Positions 8,647 through 18,704 of a DNA stretch of 32,961 nucleotides are shown here, piece by piece. The notes under the pieces were generated by a model. That model saw nothing but the letters and a program-made list of their open reading frames with translations, ran no database searches and was not told the DNA's origin. A program made the position numbers and the translations under genes. Each line of letters begins with the position of its first letter. The stretch's first letter is position 1. Origin of the DNA: an uncultured Oscillospiraceae bacterium (lineage in GTDB: Bacteria; Bacillota; Clostridia; Oscillospirales; Acutalibacteraceae); NCBI GenBank assembly GCA_905200265.1, contig CAJKJS010000001.1, positions 1 to 32,961 on the forward strand, given 5' to 3'.

Positions 8647-8964
8647 ATGAATAACGTTCATGTGAAGACTGGTGACACCGTCCAGATCCTCAGCGGCAAG
8701 GACAGAGGCAAGCAGGGGAAAGTTATGGCCGTGAGCCCCAAAGAGGGTAAGGTCATTGTGGAAAAATGCAACATGGTTACGAAGCACGTCAAACCCCGCC
8801 GTATGGGCGAGACCGGCGGCATCGTGAAGGCGGAAGGCGCCATGTATGCCTGCAAAGTGCAGATCGTTTGCCCGCACTGCGGCAAGCCCACCCGTGTCGC
8901 CCACAAAATCCTTGAGGACGGCAGCAAGGAACGCATTTGCAAGAAATGCGGCGAGTCGCTGTAA
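8647..8964 (+). CDS. rplX: 50S ribosomal protein L24 (zinc-ribbon-containing form)
   Basis: 105 aa from the ATG at 8647 (MNNVHVKTGDTVQILSGKDRGKQGKV, KOW motif). The ORF-track start at 8635 lies inside the SD GGAGG. The C-terminus has CPHC...CKKC. Confidence 0.95.
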   Translation: MNNVHVKTGDTVQILSGKDRGKQGKVMAVSPKEGKVIVEKCNMVTKHVKPRRMGETGGIVKAEGAMYACKVQIVCPHCGKPTRVAHKILEDGSKERICKKCGESL

Positions 8965-8980
8965 GGGAGGATAGAGACAA

Positions 8981-9520
8981 ATGGCAAGACTGAAAGAGTT
9001 TTACAAGCAGGAGGCTGCTCCCGCGCTCATGAAGAAATTCAACTACAAGAGCGTCATGCAGATCCCGAAGCTTGACAAGATCGTAGTCAACGTGGGCGCC
9101 GGCGAAGCGAAAGACAACGCCAAGGTGATCGACACCATCAGCGCGGATCTCGCTGCCATCACCGGCCAGAAGCCCATGGTTTGCAAAGCGAAAAAATCTG
9201 TGGCCAACTTCAAACTGCGTGCTGGGATGAACATTGGCCTGAAGGTAACGCTGCGCGGCGAACGGATGTATGAATTTATCGACCGTCTGTTCAATGTGGC
9301 TCTGCCCCGCGTGCGTGACTTCCGTGGGATCAACCCCAACTCGTTCGACGGCCGTGGGAATTACAACCTGGGTATCCGCGAACAGCTGATTTTCCCCGAA
9401 ATCGATTTCGATAAAGTGGATAAAGTGCGCGGCATGGATATCTGCTTTGTCACCACCGCCACTACCGACGAAGAAGCCCGCGAGCTGCTGACTCTGATGG
9501 GCGCACCGTTTGCGAAATAA
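8981..9520 (+). CDS. rplE: 50S ribosomal protein L5
   Basis: 179 aa. Position in the spc operon fits, with RLKEFY at the N-terminus and the [10 protein letters not shown] region. Confidence 0.97.
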   Translation: MARLKEFYKQEAAPALMKKFNYKSVMQIPKLDKIVVNVGAGEAKDNAKVIDTISADLAAITGQKPMVCKAKKSVANFKLRAGMNIGLKVTLRGERMYEFIDRLFNVALPRVRDFRGINPNSFDGRGNYNLGIREQLIFPEIDFDKVDKVRGMDICFVTTATTDEEARELLTLMGAPFAK

Positions 9521-9532
9521 GGAGGGATTATT

Positions 9533-9718
9533 GTGGCTAAAACTGCTATGAAGCTCAAACAGCAGAGAGAACCCAAGTTCTCTTCGCGTCATTATAACAG
9601 ATGCAAAATCTGTGGCCGGCCGCATGCCTATCTTCGCAAGTTCGGTATTTGCCGTATTTGCTTCCGTGAACTGGCCTACAAAGGCGAGATCCCGGGCGTG
9701 AAAAAGGCAAGCTGGTAA
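9533..9718 (+). CDS. rpsN: 30S ribosomal protein S14, short type-Z (zinc-binding) form
   Basis: 61 aa. GTG start after AAGGAGGG. Contains [20 protein letters not shown] (CxxC...CxxC). Confidence 0.96.
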   Translation: MAKTAMKLKQQREPKFSSRHYNRCKICGRPHAYLRKFGICRICFRELAYKGEIPGVKKASW

Positions 9719-9739
9719 CGAAGGACAGGAGGTAACAGC

Positions 9740-10138
9740 ATGCAGATTACAGATACCATCGCGGACCTGCTCACCCGTATTCGCAACGCGAGCAGCGCGA
9801 AACATGATACCGTGGAAGTGCCCGCTTCCAACGCCAAAAAGGCGATCTGCCAGATCCTGGTGGACGAAGGCTACGTAAAGAGCTTTTCCGTAACCGAAGA
9901 CGGCAAACAGGGCATGATCAAAATTGTGCTGAAATATGCGGAAGGCAAGACCCCGGTTATCAAGGGCCTGCGCCGCGTCAGCAAGCCCGGCCTGCGCATC
10001 TATTCCGGTGCTGCTGAAATGCCCAAGGTTATGAATGGCCTGGGTGTGGCTATCGTTTCCACTTCGAAGGGCATTATGACCGACCGTCAGGCTCGTAAAG
10101 AGAACATTGGCGGCGAAGTGCTGGCATTTGTCTGGTAA
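9740..10138 (+). CDS. rpsH: 30S ribosomal protein S8
   Basis: 132 aa. Contains [13 protein letters not shown]. Confidence 0.97.
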   Translation: MQITDTIADLLTRIRNASSAKHDTVEVPASNAKKAICQILVDEGYVKSFSVTEDGKQGMIKIVLKYAEGKTPVIKGLRRVSKPGLRIYSGAAEMPKVMNGLGVAIVSTSKGIMTDRQARKENIGGEVLAFVW

Positions 10139-10156
10139 GATAAGGGAGGTGTACAC

Positions 10157-10705
10157 ATGTCTCGAATTGGAAGAAAACCCATAAATATTCCCGCCGGCGT
10201 CGAAGTGAAAGTCGACGACAGCGTTGTCACGGTGAAGGGTCCCAAAGGCACCCTGACCCAGAAGATCCACCCTAACATGACGGTGACGGTGGAGGGCAAC
10301 GAGATTCTCGTGACCCGCCCGAATGACGAAAAAGAAAATCGTTCGCTGCATGGCCTGAGCCGTACGCTGATCCACAACATGGTGATCGGTGTAACGGAAG
10401 GGTACAAAAAGACGCTGGAAGTCAACGGTGTTGGCTACCGTGCCCAGAAGCAGGGCAACAACCTGGTGATGAACCTCGGTTTCTCCCATCAGGTCATTGT
10501 AAGCGAAGTACCCGGCATCAAGATCGATGTGCCCAATGCGAACACGGTCGTGATCTCTGGTCCCGACAAGCAGCAGGTAGGTCAGTTTGCCGCTGAAGTG
10601 CGCGAAAAGCGCCCGCCGGAGCCTTATAAGGGCAAGGGCATTAAGTATGATTATGAAGTGGTCCGCCGCAAGGAAGGCAAAGCCGGTAAGGGCTCTAAGA
10701 AGTAA
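10157..10705 (+). CDS. rplF: 50S ribosomal protein L6
   Basis: 182 aa. Starts [17 protein letters not shown]. Confidence 0.97.
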   Translation: MSRIGRKPINIPAGVEVKVDDSVVTVKGPKGTLTQKIHPNMTVTVEGNEILVTRPNDEKENRSLHGLSRTLIHNMVIGVTEGYKKTLEVNGVGYRAQKQGNNLVMNLGFSHQVIVSEVPGIKIDVPNANTVVISGPDKQQVGQFAAEVREKRPPEPYKGKGIKYDYEVVRRKEGKAGKGSKK

Positions 10706-10719
10706 GGAGTGAATGACAA

Positions 10720-11079
10720 ATGGTGAACAAGGCTTCCAGCAATAAAGCCAGACTGCACCGCCACAAGAGAGTGCGCGGTAAAATTTCGGGCACCGCTGCC
10801 CGTCCCCGCCTGAATGTGTTCCGCTCCAACAAGAACATCTACGCCCAGATTATCGACGATGTTGCAGGAGTGACGCTGTGCGCTGCCTCCACCCTGGATG
10901 CAGAATTCGAAGGAAACGGCGGTAACAAAGAAGCCGCGCATAAGGTTGGCGAACTGCTGGCCAAGCGCGCTGCCGATAAAGGAATCTCCGAGGTTGTGTT
11001 CGACCGCGGCGGTTATATCTTCCACGGCCGCGTCAAAGAGCTGGCCGAAGGCGCCCGCGAGGGCGGCCTCAAGTTCTGA
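10720..11079 (+). CDS. rplR: 50S ribosomal protein L18
   Basis: 119 aa. Contains [15 protein letters not shown] and [24 protein letters not shown]. Confidence 0.97.
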   Translation: MVNKASSNKARLHRHKRVRGKISGTAARPRLNVFRSNKNIYAQIIDDVAGVTLCAASTLDAEFEGNGGNKEAAHKVGELLAKRAADKGISEVVFDRGGYIFHGRVKELAEGAREGGLKF

Positions 11080-11095
11080 GTAAGGAGGAATACTT

Positions 11096-11593
11096 TTGGC
11101 TAGAATTGACGCTTCCGCAATGGAAATGAAAGAACGCGTGGTTGCTATCAACCGCGTTTCCAAAACCGTAAAAGGCGGCCGTATCTTTAAGTTCTCCGCA
11201 CTGGTTGTGGTGGGCGATGGGAACGGCACGGTGGGCTTCGGTATTGGCAAAGCCGGCGAAGTTCCGGACGCCATCCGTAAGGGCATCGAAGACGCAAAGA
11301 AAAACCTGGTGAAGGTTTCTCTGCGCGGTGATACGATCCCCCACGAAGTCATCGGCGAATTCGGCGCTGGCCGTGTGCTGATGAAACCCGCTGCTCCCGG
11401 TACCGGTGTTATCGCCGGCGGCGCTGTGCGTGCGGTGGTTGAAAGCGTTGGCATTAAGGACATTCGTACCAAGGCCCTGCGCTCCAACAACCCCTGCAAC
11501 GTGGTGCGTGCTACCATGGCTGGCCTGCGTCAGCTGCGCAGTGCACAGGATGTGGCAGCTATCCGCGGTAAATCCGTAAAAGAGATTCTGTAA
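11096..11593 (+). CDS. rpsE: 30S ribosomal protein S5
   Basis: 165 aa. TTG start 7 nt after TAAGGAGG. Contains [16 protein letters not shown]. Confidence 0.96.
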   Translation: MARIDASAMEMKERVVAINRVSKTVKGGRIFKFSALVVVGDGNGTVGFGIGKAGEVPDAIRKGIEDAKKNLVKVSLRGDTIPHEVIGEFGAGRVLMKPAAPGTGVIAGGAVRAVVESVGIKDIRTKALRSNNPCNVVRATMAGLRQLRSAQDVAAIRGKSVKEIL

Positions 11594-11608
11594 GGGAGGA
11601 CGCTAGCA

Positions 11609-11776
11609 ATGACCATTAAGTTGATGAAAAGTCTGATTGGCTGCAAAGCCGACCAGATCGCGACCGCCCACGCTCTCGGTCTCAAAAAGATTGGCGACTG
11701 CACCACGCAGCCCGATAATGCCCAGACGCAGGGTAAGGTGGCGAAGATCTCCCACCTTGTCGAAGTTGTAAAGTAA
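11609..11776 (+). CDS. rpmD: 50S ribosomal protein L30
   Basis: Absent from the ORF track (55 aa), translated by hand as MTIKLMKSLIGCKADQIATAHALGLKKIGDCTTQPDNAQTQGKVAKISHLVEVVK. It has the LGLKK and K(V/I)SHLV motifs of L30, the SD GGGAGG, and the expected slot between rpsE and rplO. Confidence 0.9.
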   Translation: MTIKLMKSLIGCKADQIATAHALGLKKIGDCTTQPDNAQTQGKVAKISHLVEVVK

Positions 11777-11796
11777 ACGAGGGAGGTGCTTTTGTC

Positions 11797-12237
11797 ATGA
11801 AACTGAACGAACTTACCGCTGTGGCCGGCGCAACCAAAGAGGCCAAGCGTATTGGCCGTGGCCATGGCTCCGGCCAGGGTAAAACGGCTGGCAAGGGCCA
11901 CAAAGGCCAGAAGGCCAGAGCGGGCCGCGGCATGCGCCCCAGCTTTGAAGGTGGCCAGATGCCTATGGCTCGCCGCATCCCGAAGAGAGGTTTCCACAAC
12001 ATTTTCGCTAGCGAAATCGTAGCGATCAATGTGGGCTCCCTGGAAAAATTCGAAAATGGCGCTGTTGTTGATGTAAATGCTTTGATTGAAGCTGGCATCA
12101 TCAAAGACGGCTGTGACGGTGTGAAGATCCTGGCTAACGGCAAGCTGACCAAGAGCCTGACCGTCAAGGTATCTGCTTATTCCGCCGCTGCCAAAGAGAA
12201 AATCGAGGCTGCAGGTGGGAAGGCAGAGGTGATCTAA
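11797..12237 (+). CDS. rplO: 50S ribosomal protein L15
   Basis: 146 aa. Contains GRGHGSGQGKTAGKGHKGQKAR. Confidence 0.97.
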   Translation: MKLNELTAVAGATKEAKRIGRGHGSGQGKTAGKGHKGQKARAGRGMRPSFEGGQMPMARRIPKRGFHNIFASEIVAINVGSLEKFENGAVVDVNALIEAGIIKDGCDGVKILANGKLTKSLTVKVSAYSAAAKEKIEAAGGKAEVI

Positions 12238-13551
12238 GTGCTGAACACCATTAAGAATGCTTTCCGGATTCCCGATTTGCGGAAAAAACTACTGTTCACC
12301 TTGCTGGTGATTGTGGTTTTCCGCTTCGGGTCCGTTATCCCGGTGCCGTTCCTTGATGTATCGGCACTGGGTGAGTTGATGGCGCGGGTGGATGCCACCC
12401 CGCTGGGTTATGTGAATATGCTCACTGGTGGTGCTTTTGGTAACGCAACCTTGTTCGCCATGGGTATCACCCCCTACATCAACTCCAGTATTATTATGCA
12501 GCTGCTCACGGTTGCCATTGGTCCGCTGGAACGTATGGCCCGTGAAGGAGAAGAAGGGCGCAAGCGCATTGCCTCCATCACCCGGTATGTAACCGTGGCG
12601 CTGGGCCTGATTCAAGGTACAGCATACTTCTTCTATCTGCGCAGCAACGGCATTACCGAGTTTAACGATGGCTTTGGGGCTTGGTTCTCGGCAATTGTCA
12701 TTATCTTCGTGTTCACTGCTGGTACAGCCCTGATGATGTGGCTGGGTGAACAAATTAACGTCAAGGGTGTGGGCAATGGTATTTCGATTCTGCTGTTTGC
12801 CAGCATTATCGCCCGTATGCCGACAACCTTGGGTCAGGTATGGAATTATTTCTACAACGGTTTCGCGGAACCCAGTGCGTATGGTAAATACCTGTTCCTG
12901 GCACCGTTCTGGCTGATTCTGTTCCTGGCTGTCATTTGGGTGATCGTTTTCATGAACGACAGCGAACGCCGCCTGCCGGTACAGTATGCCAAGCGGGTGG
13001 TTGGCCGTAAGGTTTATGGTGGCCAGAGCTCCCATATTCCGATTAAAGTGGCGATGAGCGGTGTTATGCCGATCATCTTTGCTTCTTCGATCCTGTCGAT
13101 TCCCTCGATGATTCAGGTGTTCCTGGGCAGCAAAGCACAGACCGGCTTCTGGGCTGGGTTCTTCAATGCCCTTTCCTCGCAGGGCTGGCTGTACTGTGTG
13201 CTGTACTTTGTTTTCATTCTTCTGTTCGCATATTTCTATATGTCCATCCAGTATAACCCGCTGGAAATGGCCAATAATCTGCGGCAGAACAACGGTATGA
13301 TCCCGGGTATCCGCCCCGGTAAGCCTACCGCTGACTTTATCGCGAAGATCCTTTCCAAACTTACCCTGATCGGTGCGCTGTTCTTAGCGGTCATCGCGCT
13401 GGTCCCGATCATCTACGGCAATCTGGCTGGTATGAGCAACATGTCCATGGGCGGTACTTCCATTATTATTATGGTAGGTGTAGCACTGGAAACGGTGAAA
13501 CAGCTGGAAAGCCAGATGATGATGCGTCATTATAAAGGCTTTTTGGATTGA
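12238..13551 (+). CDS. secY: preprotein translocase subunit SecY
   Basis: 437 aa. GTG start immediately after the rplO stop. Multi-pass membrane protein containing GITPYINSSIIMQLL, in the conserved position. Confidence 0.97.
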   Translation: MLNTIKNAFRIPDLRKKLLFTLLVIVVFRFGSVIPVPFLDVSALGELMARVDATPLGYVNMLTGGAFGNATLFAMGITPYINSSIIMQLLTVAIGPLERMAREGEEGRKRIASITRYVTVALGLIQGTAYFFYLRSNGITEFNDGFGAWFSAIVIIFVFTAGTALMMWLGEQINVKGVGNGISILLFASIIARMPTTLGQVWNYFYNGFAEPSAYGKYLFLAPFWLILFLAVIWVIVFMNDSERRLPVQYAKRVVGRKVYGGQSSHIPIKVAMSGVMPIIFASSILSIPSMIQVFLGSKAQTGFWAGFFNALSSQGWLYCVLYFVFILLFAYFYMSIQYNPLEMANNLRQNNGMIPGIRPGKPTADFIAKILSKLTLIGALFLAVIALVPIIYGNLAGMSNMSMGGTSIIIMVGVALETVKQLESQMMMRHYKGFLD

Positions 13552-13575
13552 TTTTTTGAAGGAGGAATGTGACCT

Positions 13576-14211
13576 ATGAAACTCATTCTTTTGGGTGCTC
13601 CCGGCGCCGGTAAAGGCACGCAGGCCGAGGTGCTCTGCCAAGCTCTTTCAATCCCCGCGATTTCTACAGGAAACACACTCCGCGAAGCGCTGAAAAGCGG
13701 TACGGAGATGGGTATGCGCGCTAAATCCTACATGGATGCCGGCCAGCTGGTGCCCGATGATGTCGTGATCGGCATTATCAAAGAGCGCCTGCAGCAGGAT
13801 GACTGCCAGAATGGCTTTATCCTGGACGGTTTCCCGCGCACCATCCCCCAGGCCGAAGCTCTGGATGCCATGGGTGTACAGATCGACCGCGTCATCGACA
13901 TTGAAGTCCCTGACGACAAGATTGTGGCTCGTATGTCCGGACGCCGCGTCTGCGAAAAGTGTGGAGCCAGCTACCACACCGAATATTTGAAGCCCGCCGT
14001 TGACGGTGTGTGCGACAAATGCGCCGGCGCCCTTGTTCAGCGCAAGGATGACCACCCCGATACCGTGAAAGCCCGTCTGGCTGTGTACCACGAACAGACG
14101 GAACCGCTGAAAGCTTACTATGAGAAACAGGGTAAGCTGCGTATCGTGGAAGGCCAGGAAGATGTGGCGGATACCAAGCGTCTGACCCTGGCTGCGGTTG
14201 AGGCAGAATAA
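13576..14211 (+). CDS. adk: adenylate kinase (zinc-lid type)
   Basis: 211 aa. P-loop GAPGAGKGTQ and lid CEKC...CDKC. Confidence 0.97.
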   Translation: MKLILLGAPGAGKGTQAEVLCQALSIPAISTGNTLREALKSGTEMGMRAKSYMDAGQLVPDDVVIGIIKERLQQDDCQNGFILDGFPRTIPQAEALDAMGVQIDRVIDIEVPDDKIVARMSGRRVCEKCGASYHTEYLKPAVDGVCDKCAGALVQRKDDHPDTVKARLAVYHEQTEPLKAYYEKQGKLRIVEGQEDVADTKRLTLAAVEAE

Positions 14212-14960
14212 TGATTGTATTGAAAACGAGCCGTGAACTCGCCAAAATGCGGGAGGCCGGCCGAATTTCTGCACTGGCACTACAAGCCGGCGGCAAGGCC
14301 GTTCAGCCCGGGGTAAGTACCTGGGAGATCGACCAGGAGATCCGTCGTTTCATTGAAAAATGCGGCGCCAAGCCCAATTTTCTTGGGTACGGCGGATTCC
14401 CCGGCAGTGCCTGCATTTCTGTTAACCATGTGGTGATCCACGGCATACCGAGTAAAAAGATTATCTTAAAGCATGGCGATATCGTGAGCATCGATACCGG
14501 TGCCATGATCGACGGGTATAATGGCGATAACGCTTATACCTTTGCCTGCGGCGATATCAGTAAAGAAGCACAGGCGCTGCTGGATGCGACCCGGGAAAGC
14601 CTTTACGAAGGGATAGCCATGGCGCAGCCTGGTAACCGGATCGGTGACATCGGCAGTGCGGTGCAACGGTATGTCGAAGCGCGTGGCTACTCGGTGGTAC
14701 GCGATTTTGTCGGCCACGGAGTAGGTACTTCGCTACACGAAGACCCAAGCGTTCCCAATTACGGAAAACCGGGGCGCGGCGTGCGTCTGACGCCCGGTAT
14801 GGTGATTGCAATCGAACCGATGATCAACGCCGGAACGAAAAGCGTGCGGGTGTTGGAAGACGGCTGGACGACGGTAACGACCGATGGCAGTCTTTCGGCC
14901 CATTTTGAGCACACGGTTGCGATTACGCCTGATGGGCCTGTGATCCTCACCCGGCCTTGA
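14211..14960 (+). CDS. map: type I methionine aminopeptidase
   Basis: 249 aa. Contains DTGAMIDGYNGDNA, GHGVG and IEPM metal-ligand contexts. TAATG overlap with adk. Confidence 0.96.
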   Translation: MIVLKTSRELAKMREAGRISALALQAGGKAVQPGVSTWEIDQEIRRFIEKCGAKPNFLGYGGFPGSACISVNHVVIHGIPSKKIILKHGDIVSIDTGAMIDGYNGDNAYTFACGDISKEAQALLDATRESLYEGIAMAQPGNRIGDIGSAVQRYVEARGYSVVRDFVGHGVGTSLHEDPSVPNYGKPGRGVRLTPGMVIAIEPMINAGTKSVRVLEDGWTTVTTDGSLSAHFEHTVAITPDGPVILTRP

Positions 14961-15229
14961 TGATGAGAGGCTGTATGAGTGAAGCAATAGCAGGCCAGGT
15001 GGTCTGTGTCCGCCAAGGGCGCGGCAAAGGACGGTTTTATGTGGTGTTGGGTACGGACCAGGCAGGTTGGTATCTGCTTGCAAATGGCAGCGACCGGCCG
15101 CTTGTAAACCCCAAACGGAAAAACCCCCTGCATGTTCGCAAAACCCGTGTGCGGTTGACGATCGATGGCTTTCAAACCGACAAACAGCTGCAAGCAGCGC
15201 TGCGGGCTTTTACCGCGGCCGATAAATGA
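14960..15229 (+). CDS. small KOW-domain RNA-binding-like protein
   Basis: About 84-90 aa. The KOW-like motif GQVVCVRQGRGKGRFYVVLG is followed by a basic segment. The start is ambiguous: TTG 14957, ATG 14960 (TGATG overlap with map), or ATG 14975 after GAGAGG. It sits between map and infA. Confidence 0.7.
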   Translation: MMRGCMSEAIAGQVVCVRQGRGKGRFYVVLGTDQAGWYLLANGSDRPLVNPKRKNPLHVRKTRVRLTIDGFQTDKQLQAALRAFTAADK

Positions 15230-15247
15230 TCGGAGGATGAATCCTGC

Positions 15248-15466
15248 ATGTCGAAACAAGACGTAATTGAGCTCGAGGGCATCGTAAAAGAAGCTCTTCC
15301 CAATGCCATGTTCCGCGTAGAGCTTCCCAATGGGCACGTAATTCTGGCCCATATTTCCGGTAAATTGCGTATGAACTTCATTCGCATTCTGCCGGGTGAT
15401 AAGGTGACCGTGGAGATGTCGCCCTATGATTTGACCCGCGGCCGCATTACATGGCGAACCAAATAA
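15248..15466 (+). CDS. infA: translation initiation factor IF-1
   Basis: 72 aa. Starts [26 protein letters not shown] and has the S1-like OB fold pattern. Confidence 0.98.
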   Translation: MSKQDVIELEGIVKEALPNAMFRVELPNGHVILAHISGKLRMNFIRILPGDKVTVEMSPYDLTRGRITWRTK

Positions 15467-15517
15467 GAACACACGCATTTTGAAATACCCACTTTTGCCT
15501 GAAGGAGGGCGCACACA

Positions 15518-15631
15518 ATGAAAGTAAGACCTTCTGTGAAGAAGATGTGCGAGAAATGCAAGATTATCAAGCGCAAAGGCAAAGTAATGGTAATCTGCGA
15601 AAATCCGAAGCACAAGCAGCGCCAGGGCTAA
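15518..15631 (+). CDS. rpmJ: 50S ribosomal protein L36 (zinc-binding form)
   Basis: Absent from the ORF track (37 aa), translated by hand as [37 protein letters not shown]. The SD GAAGGAGGG is upstream and the CxxC...C...H pattern is present. Confidence 0.93.
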   Translation: MKVRPSVKKMCEKCKIIKRKGKVMVICENPKHKQRQG

Positions 15632-15671
15632 TCCCGGCGCCCGACAATAAATATGGAGGTGCAATCACACC

Positions 15672-16040
15672 ATGCCGCGTATTTCAGGTATTGACCTGCC
15701 CAGAGACAAACGCATTGAAATTGCCTTGACTTATATCTACGGGATCGGCCGCAAGACCGCTTCCGATATCTGCCAGAACACCGGCGTTGACCCCGACCTG
15801 CGCGTGCGCGATATGTCGGAAGACGATGCCGCGAAACTGAGAGAGTATATCGAACACAACTGCCGCGTGGAAGGCGACCTTCGCCGCGACACCGCTTTCG
15901 ATATCAAGCGTTTGATTGAAATTGGCTGCTACCGCGGGATTCGTCACCGCAAGGGCCTGCCTGTCAGAGGACAGCGCAGCAAGACCAATGCCCGCACCCG
16001 TAAAGGTCCCCGCAAGACCATGGCCAACAAGAAGAAGTAA
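15672..16040 (+). CDS. rpsM: 30S ribosomal protein S13
   Basis: 122 aa. Starts [26 protein letters not shown]. Confidence 0.98.
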   Translation: MPRISGIDLPRDKRIEIALTYIYGIGRKTASDICQNTGVDPDLRVRDMSEDDAAKLREYIEHNCRVEGDLRRDTAFDIKRLIEIGCYRGIRHRKGLPVRGQRSKTNARTRKGPRKTMANKKK

Positions 16041-16058
16041 TCAGGGAGGGATAAACTG

Positions 16059-16466
16059 ATGGCAGCACAGAAAGGCGGTAAGAAAGTTACCGCAGTACGC
16101 AAGCGCCGTGAACGGAAAAACATCGACCGCGGCCAGGCGCATATTCAGTCTACTTTTAACAATACGATTGTGACCATCACCGATATGCAGGGCAACGCTG
16201 TTAGCTGGGCCAGCGCCGGTGAACTGGGTTTCCGTGGCTCGAGAAAGAGCACCCCGTTCGCAGCGCAGACCGCTGCCGAAACGGCTGCCAAAATCGCGAT
16301 GGAGCACGGCATGAAGACCGTTGAAGTGTACGTGAAGGGCCCGGGTTCCGGACGTGAAGCTGCGATCCGCGCTCTGCAGGGTGCAGGGCTGGAAGTCAGC
16401 ATGATCAAAGACGTGACGCCCATTCCGCACAACGGTTGCCGTCCCCCCAAGAGAAGACGCGTATAA
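16059..16466 (+). CDS. rpsK: 30S ribosomal protein S11
   Basis: 135 aa. Contains [12 protein letters not shown] and the C-terminal [19 protein letters not shown]. Confidence 0.98.
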   Translation: MAAQKGGKKVTAVRKRRERKNIDRGQAHIQSTFNNTIVTITDMQGNAVSWASAGELGFRGSRKSTPFAAQTAAETAAKIAMEHGMKTVEVYVKGPGSGREAAIRALQGAGLEVSMIKDVTPIPHNGCRPPKRRRV

Positions 16467-16496
16467 CGATCGAAATATAGGAGGTGCCACGAAAGT

Positions 16497-17123
16497 ATGG
16501 CCAGATATACTGAAGCTGTATGCAAACTTTGCCGCCGTGAAGGGCAGAAGCTGTTCCTGAAAGGCGCAAGATGCTATACCGATAAATGCGCTCTCACCCG
16601 CAGAGCTTATGCCCCCGGCCAGCATGGCCAGGGCCGCAAGAAGACGTCTGAATACGGCATGCAGCTGCGTGCCAAGCAGATCGCCCGCCGTTATTACGGT
16701 GTTCTGGAAGGCCAGTTCCGCGGTTATTATGAAATGGCCACCAAGATGGAAGGCAAGACCGGTGATATGCTGTTGACGATCCTGGAAAGCCGTCTGGATA
16801 ACGTTGTGTACCGTCTGGGCTGGGCCAGCTCCCGTGCGGAAGCCCGTCAGCTGGTGGTACATGGTCACTTCACCGTGAATGGCCATCGCGTTGATATCCC
16901 CTCTTATCTGGTGAAAGAGGGCGACGTGATCGCTATCGCCGAAAAGAGCCGTTCCAGCGCCAAGATCAAGGCCGTTGTGGAAGAAAATGCCGCTCGTCCC
17001 TGCCCCAAGTGGCTGGAAGTAAACCGCGACAATCTCGAAGGTAAAGTGATCGGCAAAGCAGCCCGCGAAGACGTGGATCTGGAAGTTGACGAGACTCTGA
17101 TCGTCGAATTGTACTCCAAGTAA
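16497..17123 (+). CDS. rpsD: 30S ribosomal protein S4 (Cys-cluster form)
   Basis: 208 aa. Starts [31 protein letters not shown] and has an S4 RNA-binding domain ([21 protein letters not shown]). Confidence 0.97.
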   Translation: MARYTEAVCKLCRREGQKLFLKGARCYTDKCALTRRAYAPGQHGQGRKKTSEYGMQLRAKQIARRYYGVLEGQFRGYYEMATKMEGKTGDMLLTILESRLDNVVYRLGWASSRAEARQLVVHGHFTVNGHRVDIPSYLVKEGDVIAIAEKSRSSAKIKAVVEENAARPCPKWLEVNRDNLEGKVIGKAAREDVDLEVDETLIVELYSK

Positions 17124-17206
17124 TGCCGGGTACGCATGAAAATGCAAAAAAGGCATGCCGGGCTTTTTATAAAAAGTCCGACAGGAAATAATAAGGAGGT
17201 TCACGA

Positions 17207-18160
17207 ATGATCGAGATTGAAAAGCCCAAAATCGAAACCCAGGAACTGTCCAGTGATGGAAAGTATGGCAAATTTGTGGTGGAACCCCTTGAGAGAGGCT
17301 TTGGCACCACGCTGGGAAACTCCCTGCGCCGTGTGTTGCTCTCCAGCCTTCCCGGTGTCGCTGTTAAATCCGTTAAAATCGACGGTGTCGTTCATGAATT
17401 TTCCACGATTCCCGGCGTAAAGGAAGATGTGGCGGAGATTATCCTGAACATCAAAGGCTTGACCGCCAAGCTGTATTGCGATGGTCCCAAGACGGTAGAA
17501 ATCCTGGCCGAAGGCCCCTGTGAAGTAACCGCCGATGCGATTAAGTGCGACAGCGAAGTGGAGATTCTGAACCCCGACATGCATATTGCCACCCTTGGCG
17601 AGAATGCGAAGCTCTATATGGAGCTGACCCTCGACAAAGGAAGAGGCTATGTTTCCAGCGAAAGAAACAAGGCCGCTATGCCGGCCGGTATCATCGGCGA
17701 ACTGCCGGTGGATTCGATCTATACCCCTGTGTTGAAGGTCAACTTCAATGTGGAAAATACCCGCGTAGGGCAGAGCATTGATTTTGACAAGCTCACCCTG
17801 GAAGTTTGGACCAATGGGGTGATCAACGCGCAGGAAGCGGTTTCCCTGGCAGCCAAAGTCCTAACGGAACACCTGAATCTGTTTGTGGATCTGTCCGACA
17901 AGGGCAGCAACACCGAAATCATGGTGGAAAAGGACGAAAAGGGCAAAGAATCTGTGCTGGGCATGACCATCGAAGAACTGGACCTGTCGGTTCGGTCTTT
18001 CAACTGCCTGAAGCGCGCAGGGATCAACACCGTGGAAGATCTGCTCAACAAGAGCGAAGAAGACATGATGAAGGTCCGCAACCTGGGCCGCAAATCGCTG
18101 GAAGAAGTTGTGTGGAAGATGGCTTCCCTCGGCTTCAATCTGCGTAAGGATGACGAATAA
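17207..18160 (+). CDS. rpoA: DNA-directed RNA polymerase subunit alpha
   Basis: 317 aa. N-terminal assembly domain plus the alpha-CTD helix-hairpin-helix segment [22 protein letters not shown]. Confidence 0.98.
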   Translation: MIEIEKPKIETQELSSDGKYGKFVVEPLERGFGTTLGNSLRRVLLSSLPGVAVKSVKIDGVVHEFSTIPGVKEDVAEIILNIKGLTAKLYCDGPKTVEILAEGPCEVTADAIKCDSEVEILNPDMHIATLGENAKLYMELTLDKGRGYVSSERNKAAMPAGIIGELPVDSIYTPVLKVNFNVENTRVGQSIDFDKLTLEVWTNGVINAQEAVSLAAKVLTEHLNLFVDLSDKGSNTEIMVEKDEKGKESVLGMTIEELDLSVRSFNCLKRAGINTVEDLLNKSEEDMMKVRNLGRKSLEEVVWKMASLGFNLRKDDE

Positions 18161-18215
18161 TCCGCGCATGATCCCCGCATAACACTTTGAATGACCATAA
18201 AGGAGTGAATATTCG

Positions 18216-18557
18216 ATGCCCGGAACCAGAAAGCTCGGCCGCGATACGGCCAGCCGTACCGCGATGCTGCGTGCCATGGTGACCTTCCTGCTGGAAAAAG
18301 GCAAGATCGAAACCACGGTTACCCGCGCGAAGGAAGTCCGTGCCATGACGGAAAAGATGATTACGATTGCGAAGGAAAACAACCTGCACAATCAGCGTCT
18401 GGTTATGGCGTTTGTTACCAAAGAAGATGTGACGCACAAGCTGTTCACGGAAATCGCCCCCAAGTATGCTGACCGCAACGGCGGTTACACCCGCATTACG
18501 AAGCTTGGGCCGCGCCGTGGCGATGCAGCGGAAATGGCTGTTATCGAACTGCTGTAA
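18216..18557 (+). CDS. rplQ: 50S ribosomal protein L17
   Basis: 113 aa. Contains [17 protein letters not shown] and GGYTRI. Confidence 0.97.
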   Translation: MPGTRKLGRDTASRTAMLRAMVTFLLEKGKIETTVTRAKEVRAMTEKMITIAKENNLHNQRLVMAFVTKEDVTHKLFTEIAPKYADRNGGYTRITKLGPRRGDAAEMAVIELL

Positions 18558-18577
18558 GCGTTCCCCACTTAAAAAAG

Positions 18578-18619
18578 ACCGTCTCTTTCTCCTGCGGGAG
18601 AAGAGGCGGTTTTCTTTTT
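18578..18619 (+). terminator. intrinsic terminator ending the ribosomal superoperon
   Basis: ACCGTCTCTTTCTCC and GGAGAAGAGGCGGT form a ~14-bp stem (one bulged T, one G-U) around a TGCG loop, followed by TTTCTTTTT. Confidence 0.85.
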
Positions 18620-18662
18620 GCCCTTTATTCATAGTCTGTTTCTGGTAAATCAGGGAAGAGTG

Positions 18663-18671
18663 TGGTACAAT
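18663..18671 (+). promoter_or_regulatory. possible extended -10 promoter for the 18705-hflX unit
   Basis: TGgTACAAT (TG at 18663-18664, -10 at 18666-18671) lies ~35 nt upstream of the ATG at 18705. The -35 is weak (TGGTAA). Confidence 0.35.
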
Positions 18672-18704
18672 AACAAAAATAAAAACATGTGAGGGGGTTC
18701 GTTT

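Noticed and set aside
8789-10489. 566-aa ORF on the minus strand spanning rplX to rplF
   Set aside because: It is exactly antisense to five highly conserved ribosomal protein genes. It has no SD or sensible start context, and its composition is His/Arg/Ala/Gly-rich and low in information. This is the typical stop-free antisense frame of GC-rich, codon-biased genes.
16041-17204. 387-aa minus-strand ORF opposite rpsK/rpsD (similar ones at 6102-7265, 12289-13035, 3829-4758 and 5106-5915)
   Set aside because: All are antisense to conserved plus-strand genes and none has a family signature or translation signals.
17124-17206. Possible terminator between rpsD and rpoA (GGCATGCCGGGCTTTTT)
   Set aside because: The T run is preceded only by a direct repeat of TGCCGGG and a self-complementary GGCATGCC that cannot form a hairpin with a viable loop. 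There is no convincing stem.
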